Sequence record: NZ_CP088995.1
Strand: one strand, 5' to 3'
DNA: 64,000 bases
Source: a plasmid
Below, piece after piece: positions 50,099-59,630 of this stretch (position 1 is the first letter of the stretch; every line of letters starts with the position of its first letter). Made by a program: the position numbers and the translations under genes. Under the pieces are notes generated by a model. The model was not told the origin of the DNA and searched no databases. It was given only the letters and a program-made list of their open reading frames with translations.

Positions 50099-50416
50099 AT
50101 GAGTGACGTACTTTCCTGCAGACAACTTACGGCTAATCTTAAGATGATTGCCGGGGCGATTGGCTGCCTCAACAGGAACGATGTTGCACAAATTATCAGC
50201 CTGGGCGGTGTTCCATGTTCAAAAAGCCGGGCCGACTCGATAATCCGCAGTGCCGGGGCGGAAAAAAATGCATCCGGTAATTCTCATCTTCGCGGAGCCA
50301 GAATAAAACGATCCGCAGATGTCACACCGGAAGAATTCAATGCGTTTTGTGCAGGGCTGAAAACATTTCTTGTCTCGTTTGAAACGAATAATGTGAGTGA
50401 AAACAATGATAAGTAA
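50099..50416 (+). CDS. Hypothetical protein (~105 aa)
   Basis: ORF. Confidence 0.3.
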   Translation: MSDVLSCRQLTANLKMIAGAIGCLNRNDVAQIISLGGVPCSKSRADSIIRSAGAEKNASGNSHLRGARIKRSADVTPEEFNAFCAGLKTFLVSFETNNVSENNDK

Positions 50417-50589
50417 GCTCCTGACCTGTCTGTGCTCCGGACAAATGCAGTTTCAGGAATTAATAAATCCCTATATATGGCAGCGTTAATTTTGTGACGC
50501 GGATTATTACATCCAGCCCGCTTATTGAGCTGTAGATATTGATTTATGTTGATTGTTCTCGATTCGTCCATTGGATCAGCCCGTTATTT

Positions 50590-51240
50590 CTCTGCGGGCT
50601 TTTGTTCTTATATTCCTCCGTTCCTTCCTGTGATGGCTTTATTTCCTGCTGTGTCCCTTTTTAAAACTGAAAAGGATTAAAAGCACACCCACACTGGACA
50701 CCTTCGGCTCCTGGCCAGCTGCGCTGTCCAGTCGTCGAGCCACACTCCGCCAGGGCAGCTGCTTCGCACCCGCCGGGCTCCGCCGAACCCGCAAGCGGTT
50801 TCGGGCCTGACGGCTAGTGTCTGATGTCTGAGGTCAGGGTCAACGGCAGCGCTTGCTGCGACCGTTCCGGCCGCGCCGCTTTCACCGTGCCGGCGATAAA
50901 GCTGCCGGCACTCTGCAGGGCAACGCCGTTTCGCGCCCGCGCTCTTCGTCGTTGCGGCGGATGCCTGCTCCTTTCCCCTGGCGCCGTATCACCCGTTTGA
51001 GTCCATTCGCCGGGGCTGAGACAAGCACAGTCGCCATCATCCGTCCAGGGTAAATGGCACGCGGTAAACCGCGCCCTGGACAGCTGCTGTCGCCCGTGCT
51101 CGTTTACGCCCTCGCGGCGAACGGCTCTCAAACGGGTGAAGGTTTTATCCAGGGGGCAGGTTCAGCAGGTCCCCGCACAAAGTCAAAACCGCGGCCCCGG
51201 CAACTCAACGGGTGATGGTTTTAAAAGGCAGAAAAACAGA
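50590..51240 (+). repeat. Leading-region large repeat, copy 3, with a divergent ~130-bp central segment
   Basis: Shares the 5' and 3' blocks with copies 1, 2 and 4. The middle segment is replaced. Confidence 0.7.
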
Positions 51241-51256
51241 CAAAGGAGAAAGCTGG

Positions 51257-51613
51257 ATGAGCACACAAAACGTCAACGTAAAACCCTCCACCAAAGAAAG
51301 CACAACCCTCCGGACTGACGGTTTTGTGCGCAACATTCATTCCCGAAACCCGTTCGATGTTATCCGCGCCGATGTAGTGCTGGAACGTATCGAGAAAGAG
51401 GCTGGTTGGTGCTGCGGGATGCATTACGAGCTGTATCAGGCCCATCTGCTGGGTGGTGCGCTGGATTATCTGGATGCGCTGCCGTTGAAAGACCGTCCGG
51501 TGTTAATGGGCGCTGCGGCAAAGCGCGGCTATCTGCTGACGCTAGCCGAAGAGGAACGCGCGCTGGAAGCACGGGATGTACTGATGAGTGAACTGGCGGC
51601 AAACGACTGCTGA
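51257..51613 (+). CDS. Hypothetical protein (118 aa)
   Basis: RBS AAGGAG. 17 bp downstream of repeat copy 3. Confidence 0.45.
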   Translation: MSTQNVNVKPSTKESTTLRTDGFVRNIHSRNPFDVIRADVVLERIEKEAGWCCGMHYELYQAHLLGGALDYLDALPLKDRPVLMGAAAKRGYLLTLAEEERALEARDVLMSELAANDC

Positions 51614-51673
51614 GAAATAAACACGGATGGCGGCGTATCGCTGCCATCCCTTAAAGACCAGAGGTAACGCAAA

Positions 51674-51886
51674 ATGAAAGTATACGGCCATCAACACTCA
51701 TCAGAGGTTTTCTCCCGGGAAACTTCCCCATCCTGTTTTGAACCAAAAGCGGAAAAGTTGATCGCTTTTCATGGAAAGGATGCCAGTTACGCCTATAACG
51801 TGCTGGCCGATCTGAAAGCCGCAGGTGCTTCATATACGCGCCGGAATATCATCGCCGATATGTTCCGCCGTCTGGGTGTGGAATGA
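51674..51886 (+). CDS. Hypothetical protein (70 aa)
   Basis: ORF. Confidence 0.3.
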   Translation: MKVYGHQHSSEVFSRETSPSCFEPKAEKLIAFHGKDASYAYNVLADLKAAGASYTRRNIIADMFRRLGVE

Positions 51887-51896
51887 GGTCTGGGCA

Positions 51897-52121
51897 ATGG
51901 AACACGTGAAAAGACAAATCCAGCAGGGGGCAGGGAACGCCTATTATGCGGGGATGCAGTGGCGCGGTATTACACTCGGACACGCCGATGCTGCAGCGCT
52001 TAATCAGTTTGATATCGATATCAGCAAAGCTCAGGCACCCGAAGCACGCACCTGGTTGCTTCAGAACAAAGCGGAATTCATAGCTCTTATGCTGGGTATT
52101 GAGATTGTAAAGATCGGGTAG
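51897..52121 (+). CDS. Hypothetical protein (74 aa)
   Basis: ORF. Confidence 0.3.
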   Translation: MEHVKRQIQQGAGNAYYAGMQWRGITLGHADAAALNQFDIDISKAQAPEARTWLLQNKAEFIALMLGIEIVKIG

Positions 52122-52185
52122 TGAGAAGTTAGCTAACTTAGCTCTTGAGCTAAGTTAGCTTTTAAGCTAACGTATACACATACGG
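52113..52185. promoter_or_regulatory. Palindromic operator array (TTAGCTAACTTAGCT…AGCTAAGTTAGCT…AGCTAACG) upstream of the RelE/HigB-like toxin gene
   Basis: Multiple inverted copies of AGCTAA/TTAGCT lie directly before the TA operon. Confidence 0.5.
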
Positions 52186-52201
52186 ACCAGAGATTACATT
52201 C

Positions 52202-52522
52202 ATGTTCACAGTCATCTTTCATGATGAGGCTGAAAAAGAGTTTACGGCTCTGCCTGCTGCCATTCGTGCAAAAATGGCCAGGCTACTCATGAAGCTGGAA
52301 GCAAACCCTCGCCAGCTACGCGAGCCAGATACCAAGCCGCTTGGAAACGGCCTTTTCGAAATACGTACAATGGGGGCAGATATCGCCCGCGGAATCTGGG
52401 TATATCAGAGTGGTGAACGTATTTTTCTACTTCGGATCTTTATCAAAAAATCGCCAAAAACGCCCCCGGCAGAAATAGATCTGGCACTTCGCAGACTGGA
52501 GGAAATGCAGAATGAAATATAA
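52202..52522 (+). CDS. RelE/ParE-superfamily toxin (HigB/Gp49-like, 106 aa)
   Basis: Toxin-first gene order with a downstream XRE antitoxin. …IWVYQSGERIFLLRIFIKK…. Confidence 0.65.
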   Translation: MFTVIFHDEAEKEFTALPAAIRAKMARLLMKLEANPRQLREPDTKPLGNGLFEIRTMGADIARGIWVYQSGERIFLLRIFIKKSPKTPPAEIDLALRRLEEMQNEI

Positions 52523-52790
52523 AACCCTTAGCCAGGTTCATACCGAAGCAATGAACGATCATGAGTACAGCGCGGCATTCGAGGCAGAAGAAGCCTCGGA
52601 GCTACTTCGGGAAACCTTAGCAACATGGAGAAAAGAAGCGGGTTTGACGTCGGCACAGGTTGCAGAACGTATGGGCATCAAAGCGCCTACTATCTCACGT
52701 ATGGAGAAGAACGCTTCGCGAATGAGTATTCAGACGCTGGTTCGGTACGCCAGAGCCTGCGGTGTTAACTTTAAAATTCAGCAGGTTTGA
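52512..52790 (+). CDS. HTH XRE-family antitoxin (HigA-like, 92 aa)
   Basis: …LTSAQVAERMGIKAPTISRMEKN… HTH. Overlaps the toxin gene by 11 nt. Confidence 0.65.
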   Translation: MKYKTLSQVHTEAMNDHEYSAAFEAEEASELLRETLATWRKEAGLTSAQVAERMGIKAPTISRMEKNASRMSIQTLVRYARACGVNFKIQQV

Positions 52791-52917
52791 ATGTCACTCG
52801 TCAGCCGGATCCTCAGTGGTGAACGCAGTCTGACCCTCGATCACATGCGGGCGCTGGCAAATCGATTTCAAATCCCGGTCTCGATGTTTGTTGACTGATT
52901 CGGGAACAGAGCAGGCG

Positions 52918-53700
52918 AAGGGGGCATCTGTCCCCGTCTGGCCGCGCCTCGAAAGGCCGCGCGCCTGCGGCGCCGGGAAAACCGGGCCGCGCTGACGCGC
53001 CGCCCGCATTTCCTTTCCGCGTCTTCCCTGTTTGCTGCCTGCTGTCTGTCTGCTTCCTCTTCTTCTCCCTGCTGTGATGCCTCTTTTTAACCCTTAAAGG
53101 CTTTAAAAGCACACCCATACTGGACACCTTCGGCTCCTGGCCAGCTACGCTGTCCAGTCGTCGAGCCACACTCCGCTAACCGCGAAAAGACGCGGTAAGC
53201 TCCGCCGAACCCGCAAGCGGTTTCGGGCCTGACGGCTAGTGTCTGATGTCTGAAGTCAAGGTCAACGGCAGCGCTTGCTGCGACCGTCCCGGTCGCGCCG
53301 CTTTCACCGTGCCGGCGAAGGACTGCCGGCACTCTGCAGGGCAACGCCGTTTCGCGCCCGCGCTCTTCGTCGTTGCGGCGGGTGCCTGCTCCTTTCCCCT
53401 GGTACCCGTATCACCCGTTTGAGTCCATTCGCCGGGGCTGAGACAAGCACAACCCGTCTTGCTGTCCAGGGGACGGCAGAGCCTTTCGCAATAAATTTTT
53501 CCCGGCCATTCCGCTGCGCTTCATTAGACCGAAAAAAATTTCCCGCTCACCCCCGGACATCTGCACCGGGCCGTGCTCGTTTACGCCCTCGCGGCGAACG
53601 GCTCTCAAACGGGTGAAGGTTATATCCAGGGGGCAGGTTCAGCAGGTCCCCGCACAAAGTCAAAACCGCGGCCCCGGCAACTCAACGGGTGATGGTTAAA
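52918..53700 (+). repeat. Leading-region large repeat, copy 4 (~780 bp)
   Basis: Near-identical to copy 2. Confidence 0.75.
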
Positions 53701-53726
53701 AAATTAAACAGGTGAAGGAGAATAAT

Positions 53727-54548
53727 ATGCGTTTAGCATCCCGATTTGGACTTACTCATTCCATTCGTCAGGAACGCCCACTGACTAACGATGAATTAGT
53801 CAAGGTTGTACCTTCTGTGTTTTCAGAAGAAAAGCATAATTCACGTAGTGATCGCTATACCTATATTCCAACCATTACACTGCTGGATAAATTACGTGAA
53901 GAAGGTTTCCAGCCATTTTTTGCCTGTCAGTCACGAGTAAGGGATGAGGATAAACGGGGGCATACTAAGCATATGGTAAGACTTCGCCGTGAAGGGGCCA
54001 ATAAAGGAACAGAAGTACCCGAAATCATTCTTCTTAACTCGCATGATGGATCGTCCAGTTATCAAATGATCCCGGGTATGTTCCGTTTTGTATGCACAAA
54101 TGGCCTTGTGTGCGGTACGTCGTTTGGTGAGATTCGTGTACCTCATAAAGGTGATATTGTTGGAAGGGTTATCGAAGGTGCTTACGAAGTTCTGGGAATT
54201 TTCGATAAAATAACTGAAGGCGTTGATGTCATGAAGTCTATTGCCTTAACCAAGGAAGAACAGCGTCTGTTTGGACAAGCTGCATTAACCTACCGATATG
54301 AAGATGAAAATAAATCTCCGGTCAGTATTGAACAGATAATTCATCCGCGCCGTTATGAAGATAAAAAAGATGACATCTGGACTACATATCAAAGGGTCCA
54401 GGAAAATCTGATTAAAGGCGGTTTGCCTGGCCGAACTGAAAAAGGGAAAAGAACAACAACCCGGCCAGTAAAAGCAATCGATGGTGATGTTAAACTCAAT
54501 AAGGCATTGTGGTTAATTGCGGAGAAATTCCGCACTCTTAAAGGCTAA
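53727..54548 (+). CDS. DUF932-like leading-region protein (273 aa)
   Basis: ORF with RBS AAGGAG immediately after repeat copy 4. Confidence 0.5.
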   Translation: MRLASRFGLTHSIRQERPLTNDELVKVVPSVFSEEKHNSRSDRYTYIPTITLLDKLREEGFQPFFACQSRVRDEDKRGHTKHMVRLRREGANKGTEVPEIILLNSHDGSSSYQMIPGMFRFVCTNGLVCGTSFGEIRVPHKGDIVGRVIEGAYEVLGIFDKITEGVDVMKSIALTKEEQRLFGQAALTYRYEDENKSPVSIEQIIHPRRYEDKKDDIWTTYQRVQENLIKGGLPGRTEKGKRTTTRPVKAIDGDVKLNKALWLIAEKFRTLKG

Positions 54549-54577
54549 TTATAAGCGCCGGGCAGCTGTCCGGCGTT

Positions 54578-54910
54578 TTGATGGTGGGAATACTTATGTT
54601 TGAATTTAAAGCTGTCTGTATCAGTATTTCACATATGGAAGAAGGTGATATCAGAGTTCTTCAGGTGCTTTCATCAACAACCAATTATCTAACTTGCGAT
54701 AGTTACTTAGAGTGGATACATGATACACCTTATGGTTGTGTTATAAGGATGTATGATTTCAAACGCCATCTTCTGGCGCTAAAAAGAGGTGGGGTGTCAA
54801 AATTTTTACGCAAAACTCTTATACTAATGCACCGGGAGGGTGGGTATCTGCTTTTTCATTTTGATAGTGATGCCGATTATTATCCAGGTATAGATGCCGT
54901 AGATTTTTAA
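54578..54910 (+). CDS. Hypothetical protein (110 aa)
   Basis: ORF. Start uncertain. Confidence 0.3.
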   Translation: MMVGILMFEFKAVCISISHMEEGDIRVLQVLSSTTNYLTCDSYLEWIHDTPYGCVIRMYDFKRHLLALKRGGVSKFLRKTLILMHREGGYLLFHFDSDADYYPGIDAVDF

Positions 54911-54942
54911 GAAATTCAAGCCTTCTTATATCAGAAGGCTTT

Positions 54943-55428
54943 TTAGTTCATGGCGATTTTCTGATCTTTAGAAGAAGTTCGTTTGCTTGCTTTGATAGCC
55001 GTGTAGTAGTAATGGATCTTCTTCGCATACTCGTAACGTCTTGCTGCCTGGCGCGGGGTCTTTTTGAAGCCTGCATTGTATGCCCCGACTGCATCCCACG
55101 AAACGCCCCACTTTTTAAACGCCTGAGCCAGATAATAGGCTCCGGTGTAGATGTTAAGACAAGCATCGCTAAGAAGATGATCCGGTTTTATTCCATATCG
55201 CGACAGTTCGTTGAAATGCTGCGAGTCAATTTGCATCAAGCCTGATCCATAACCCGTAACAGGATTACGCCCAATCGCATCAATTTTAAATCCTGATTCT
55301 TGCCATGATATAGCACGCAGGAGATCCGGATCAATTTTGTAATCCCTGCCAGCCATATCAAAGCAGTCTGCTGCCATTGATGACAATGGTATTAAAGACA
55401 GGATGATACCAAACGCTACTCCCTTCAT
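54943..55428 (-). CDS. Lytic transglycosylase (F-plasmid gene X/orf169-like, SLT domain, signal peptide)
   Basis: …[34 protein letters not shown]… is an SLT motif. Lies next to oriT. Confidence 0.85.
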   Translation of the reverse strand: MKGVAFGIILSLIPLSSMAADCFDMAGRDYKIDPDLLRAISWQESGFKIDAIGRNPVTGYGSGLMQIDSQHFNELSRYGIKPDHLLSDACLNIYTGAYYLAQAFKKWGVSWDAVGAYNAGFKKTPRQAARRYEYAKKIHYYYTAIKASKRTSSKDQKIAMN

Positions 55429-55439
55429 GAATTCCCCTC

Positions 55440-55830
55440 CGTGCCAAATCCCGGAATAACCTTAACCCATCCAAGACCGAGACTCAACATATATGCACTC
55501 CTCACCACAAAATCACCACACACTACGCAAAATTAAAATTTTGCAGATTTCACTTTAGCTTCAGTGGCTTAACTGTAGTTATATTACATTATGTTATTTT
55601 TCTTTATATATATGTGAGTTGCCGGTGAGTCAGTAGTAAGTCGTCGGTAAGTCTATAGCGACTCGTTTATGACTCACTCTTTTATAATCATATATTTAAA
55701 GCGACTTAACTCTAGACTTAAGTCGCCATATGACTCGTAATGCAACTTTCTTAGACTCTAGACTTAAGTTTAGAGTTGTAAAGAAGGTAAACTCGCGTTA
55801 TCTTCTCGCCATAATAACTTGTTTGATGCT
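55440..55830 (+). promoter_or_regulatory. oriT: F-like oriT region between gene X and traM. AT-rich with direct and inverted repeats (e.g. GACTTAAGTCGCCATATGACTCG / TAGACTTAAGTTTAGAG) that are candidate TraM/IHF/TraY sites.
   Basis: Position is conserved in F-like plasmids. The nic site was not pinpointed. Confidence 0.55.
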
Positions 55831-55851
55831 GTTTTTAATAAAGGAACCGAT

Positions 55852-56235
55852 ATGGCCAGGGTACAAGCTTATGCTAGTGATGAAGTTGCAGAGAAAATTA
55901 ATGCAATAGTGGAAAAGCGAAGGGCTGAAGGGGCAAAGGAAAAGGATGTCAGTTTTTCAAGTGTCGCTTCGATGCTCCTTGAATTAGGGCTTAGGGTTTA
56001 TGAGGCTCAAATGGAAAGAAAAGATTCAGGGTTTAACCAAACTGAGTTTAATAAGATTTTGCTTGAGAATGTCATGAAGACTCAGTTTACCGTATCCAAA
56101 CTTTTGGCTATTGGCTCTCTAAGCCCTCATGTTACAGGTGATGAACGATTCGAGTTCCGCAGCATGGTGAGTAACATTCGAGAAGATGCAAAAGATGTTA
56201 TTTCTCACTTCTTCCCCGAGCAGGAAGAAGAGTAA
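55852..56235 (+). CDS. traM: Relaxosome accessory protein TraM (127 aa)
   Basis: …EKINAIVEKRRAEGAKEKDVSFSSVASMLLELGLRVYEAQMERK… resembles F TraM. Confidence 0.9.
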   Translation: MARVQAYASDEVAEKINAIVEKRRAEGAKEKDVSFSSVASMLLELGLRVYEAQMERKDSGFNQTEFNKILLENVMKTQFTVSKLLAIGSLSPHVTGDERFEFRSMVSNIREDAKDVISHFFPEQEEE

Positions 56236-56339
56236 GAACTGGTGTGTGTTTATGGTGGTTTGTAATTAATTCAGCAGTAAAAAAAGAATAATGATCTAGC
56301 TTTAAAAAGTGACATGGAAGTATAAGGAATATAGAATAC

Positions 56340-56415
56340 TTACAGGGTTGTACTAAAATTTGTTGAAGCGTTGACGTCCGGGGCTTGTCCCCCCGAACGT
56401 CAACTATCCATAGTG
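56340..56415 (-). ncRNA. finP: Candidate FinP antisense RNA region (traJ leader; strong hairpin GTTGACGTCCGGGG…CCCCGAACGTCAAC at 56369-56403)
   Basis: Perfect 13-bp stem immediately upstream of the traJ RBS. Position matches F-like FinP stem-loop II. Confidence 0.4.
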
Positions 56416-56434
56416 TCCTTTCCAGGAGGCGCCT

Positions 56435-57172
56435 ATGTGTGCGAAGGATCGTAGTCATATTGCTGTGCGCAGTCAAACAGATTCCATTCATTCTATGCGC
56501 GAGATGCTTAATATTTCATCTTGCCCTGCTTTTATTCGTGATTCCCGGGGCGAAGTAATTCACACCAGCCCAACCTTTGACAAAATTTTCTTAACATCTG
56601 GTGGAACTGGAGCATTTGATACACCCAGAGCACCGGGAAGCTGGTTTCTGGATCTCTCCCTGGAGATCAAACTGGAACTGATGCAGTCAGAACTGAAATC
56701 GTTTTCAGAAGGTTCTGCTGTACTTGTTAAAAATATTTGGTTGGCAGGTTCACTTTGGACTGTTTTTATTGAAACGTTCTCGATTAATGAAGATACATAC
56801 AGTAAATGGGTTTTTATAAATGAAGATGAACCGATACCTCATCCTTCAATGGAATACAATGACTTTTCTATAAAGATGCAAAGATATATCGAAAGAATTC
56901 AGCGTTCAGCAAAGTCTGACTGGGCTATCTTTAATCTGTATGCGGTTGGGTTTTCTCATGCATCTATTTCTAAGATTACAGGTGTTGGGGTGCAAACCTC
57001 AAAAAATACAGTTAGTAAAATAAAAAAGGAACTGAGCTTTGATGATCGTGACTATATCATAATGTCATCGATCTATACTCTAAGTTATGGAAAGTTTATA
57101 TCGAATGTGGTTTCGATATTAAAAGACGGTGTTAATTTTTTGTTAAATCAAAAGTGCCATCGGTACTTTTGA
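56435..57172 (+). CDS. traJ: Transfer operon activator TraJ (245 aa)
   Basis: Position and weak similarity to F TraJ (…CPAFIRDS…). RBS AGGAGG. Confidence 0.7.
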   Translation: MCAKDRSHIAVRSQTDSIHSMREMLNISSCPAFIRDSRGEVIHTSPTFDKIFLTSGGTGAFDTPRAPGSWFLDLSLEIKLELMQSELKSFSEGSAVLVKNIWLAGSLWTVFIETFSINEDTYSKWVFINEDEPIPHPSMEYNDFSIKMQRYIERIQRSAKSDWAIFNLYAVGFSHASISKITGVGVQTSKNTVSKIKKELSFDDRDYIIMSSIYTLSYGKFISNVVSILKDGVNFLLNQKCHRYF

Positions 57173-57274
57173 TTTGTGAAAATAATTTACTCAAGATTTC
57201 TCCTTAGTTTGTTTACTTTTAAATCCTCCAATGTAAGATTTATTAAAGGTTGGTAATCTTACTTTGGAGGTCGA

Positions 57275-57493
57275 TTGGAAAGAGCGATTAGGAGCAACGC
57301 ACGACCTGCGCCTGGAAAAAATGTGCTTTTAAAATTAGATGAAGAAACTAATCGTCGACTCATCAAAGCAAAAGACAGAAGCAGAAGAAGTAAAACAGCT
57401 GAAGCTTATTTGAGACTGAAAGATCATCTAGAACGTTTTCCGGACTTTTATAACTCGGAACTAGCCGTACCAGGAGGTGAAAAGGAAGAGTGA
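57275..57493 (+). CDS. traY: TraY (single ribbon-helix-helix, 72 aa)
   Basis: …KTAEAYLRLKDHLERFPDFYNSE… matches the TraY C-terminal repeat. Confidence 0.8.
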   Translation: MERAIRSNARPAPGKNVLLKLDEETNRRLIKAKDRSRRSKTAEAYLRLKDHLERFPDFYNSELAVPGGEKEE

Positions 57494-57554
57494 TTTAACA
57501 TCATAGTCAAAAATCTGTTTTATATATCAACCATTCTTTTTAAAGGAAATAAAT

Positions 57555-57923
57555 ATGAATGCTGTATTAAGTGTTCAGGGCTCTGCTGTCTCTGAAAAAA
57601 CCAAACCGTCTTTTATGTCCCGCGTTTTCAATAAAAAGAAAGCCCTGAAAGTCGCTAAAGTTGCGCTGCCGGTTGCTGCTGTGGCGGCGTTCTTCCCGGA
57701 TGCTGCGATGGCCACCACCACGGCAACCGACCTGATGAAGTCCGGGGATGCGACCGTTAAAGGCACGTTTGGTAAGCAGTCCAGCGTCGTCAAATGGGTG
57801 GTTCTGGCAGAAGTTGTCGCCGGCGGCATCATGTACATGATGACCAAAAACGTGAAGTTCCTGTTTGGCTTCGCGATTATTTCCACCTTTATCACCATCG
57901 GTATGTCGGTCGCCGGTTACTGA
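57555..57923 (+). CDS. traA: Propilin TraA (122 aa)
   Basis: MNAVLSVQG… with a mature pilin core …[26 protein letters not shown]…. Confidence 0.9.
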   Translation: MNAVLSVQGSAVSEKTKPSFMSRVFNKKKALKVAKVALPVAAVAAFFPDAAMATTTATDLMKSGDATVKGTFGKQSSVVKWVVLAEVVAGGIMYMMTKNVKFLFGFAIISTFITIGMSVAGY

Positions 57924-57936
57924 CAGGAAGCACGTG

Positions 57937-58242
57937 ATGACGGGAGACGAATTAAAGCGATACCGTTTCCCGGAAACACTGACTAACCAGTCCCGCTGGT
58001 TTGGCTTATATCTCGATGAACTTATCCCGGCCGTGATTTGTCTCGGCTGGGGTTTCTGGACCAGCAAGTTCATTTTTGGCATAGCTTCAGCGGTACTGGT
58101 TTTCTGGGGTATCAAGAAACTGAAAAAAGGGCGGGGCAGTTCCTGGCTACGCGACCTGATTTACTGGTATCTGCCAACCTCCCTTCTTAAAGGTTTCTTT
58201 CATGATGTTCCGGACTCCTGTTTCCGGCAGTGGATTAAATAA
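57937..58242 (+). CDS. traL: TraL (101 aa)
   Basis: [31 protein letters not shown]…. Confidence 0.85.
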   Translation: MTGDELKRYRFPETLTNQSRWFGLYLDELIPAVICLGWGFWTSKFIFGIASAVLVFWGIKKLKKGRGSSWLRDLIYWYLPTSLLKGFFHDVPDSCFRQWIK

Positions 58243-58261
58243 ATCAACGGGGAAATAACAT

Positions 58262-58629
58262 ATGGAACATGGTGCCAGACAAAATACCACCCGCGTTATC
58301 GCTGTGGGATTTATCAGTCTGGGGACACTCCTGACCCTCAGTCTTGCGACCAATATTATCCAGGGCATAAATAATTACCGTCTGCAGACGGAACAGAAAG
58401 TGGCGGTGACACCGATGTTATTCCGTGCACCCTTTGCGGTGTCTCAGAACCAGGCTGACGCCTCTTATATTGAGCAGCTGGGCCTGTCCTTTGTTGCCCT
58501 GCGTCTGAATGTCACGCCGGAAACGGTTGATGCCCAGCATCAGCAGCTACTCCGGTATGTATTACCCGCCTCGCAGAACAGCCTCAAGGTCCAGCTGGCT
58601 GAAGATGCGAAACGCATTAAAGACAATAA
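58262..58629 (+). pseudogene. traE: traE truncated after ~123 codons by IS26
   Basis: TraE N-terminus (MEHGARQNTTRVIAVGF…). The ORF runs into the IS26 IR at 58630. Confidence 0.8.
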
Positions 58630-59449
58630 GGCACTGTTGCAAAGTTAGCGATGAGGCAGCCTTTTGTCTTATTCAAAGGCCTTACATTTCAAAAACTCTG
58701 CTTACCAGGCGCATTTCGCCCAGGGGATCACCATAATAAAATGCTGAGGCCTGGCCTTTGCGTAGTGCACGCATCACCTCAATACCTTTGATGGTGGCGT
58801 AAGCCGTCTTCATGGATTTAAATCCCAGCGTGGCGCCGATTATCCGTTTCAGTTTGCCATGATCGCATTCAATCACGTTGTTCCGGTACTTAATCTGTCG
58901 GTGTTCAACGTCAGACGGGCACCGGCCTTCGCGTTTGAGCAGAGCAAGCGCGCGACCATAGGCGGGCGCTTTATCCGTGTTGATGAATCGCGGGATCTGC
59001 CACTTCTTCACGTTGTTGAGGATTTTACCCAGAAACCGGTATGCAGCTTTGCTGTTACGACGGGAGGAGAGATAAAAATCGACAGTGCGGCCCCGGCTGT
59101 CGACGGCCCGGTACAGATACGCCCAGCGGCCATTGACCTTCACGTAGGTTTCATCCATGTGCCACGGGCAAAGATCGGAAGGGTTACGCCAGTACCAGCG
59201 CAGCCGTTTTTCCATTTCAGGCGCATAACGCTGAACCCAGCGGTAAATCGTGGAGTGATCGACATTCACTCCGCGTTCAGCCAGCATCTCCTGCAGCTCA
59301 CGGTAACTGATGCCGTATTTGCAGTACCAGCGTACGGCCCACAGAATGATGTCACGCTGAAAATGCCGGCCTTTGAATGGGTTCATGTGCAGCTCCATCA
59401 GCAAAAGGGGATGATAAGTTTATCACCACCGACTATTTGCAACAGTGCC
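58630..59449 (-). mobile_element. IS26, copy 2 (820 bp, same orientation as copy 1). No target duplication (flanks GACAATAA / CGGGAAAC).
   Basis: Exact IRs at 58630-58643 and 59436-59449. Confidence 0.95.
58682..59386 (-). CDS. tnp26: IS26 transposase Tnp26
   Basis: Identical to the copy 1 protein. Confidence 0.95.
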   Translation of the reverse strand: MNPFKGRHFQRDIILWAVRWYCKYGISYRELQEMLAERGVNVDHSTIYRWVQRYAPEMEKRLRWYWRNPSDLCPWHMDETYVKVNGRWAYLYRAVDSRGRTVDFYLSSRRNSKAAYRFLGKILNNVKKWQIPRFINTDKAPAYGRALALLKREGRCPSDVEHRQIKYRNNVIECDHGKLKRIIGATLGFKSMKTAYATIKGIEVMRALRKGQASAFYYGDPLGEMRLVSRVFEM

Positions 59450-59611
59450 CGGGAAACTGCGCTGCCGGAGAGTGTGCTGCGTGAACCACAACGGGAGCGG
59501 GAAGCGGTCCGGGAGGTTGCCCGGGAAAATCTGCTGCAGGAGCGTCTGCAGCAGATGGAGCGGGATATGGTCCGTGACCTGCAGAAAGAGAAAACCCTGG
59601 GCGGAGACTGA
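59450..59611 (+). pseudogene. traI: 3' remnant (last 53 codons) of relaxase/helicase traI
   Basis: In-frame …LLQERLQQMERDMVRDLQKEKTLGGD*. Lies directly before traX as in F-like tra operons. Confidence 0.6.
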
Positions 59612-59630
59612 TACAGGAAGGCAAACGCTG

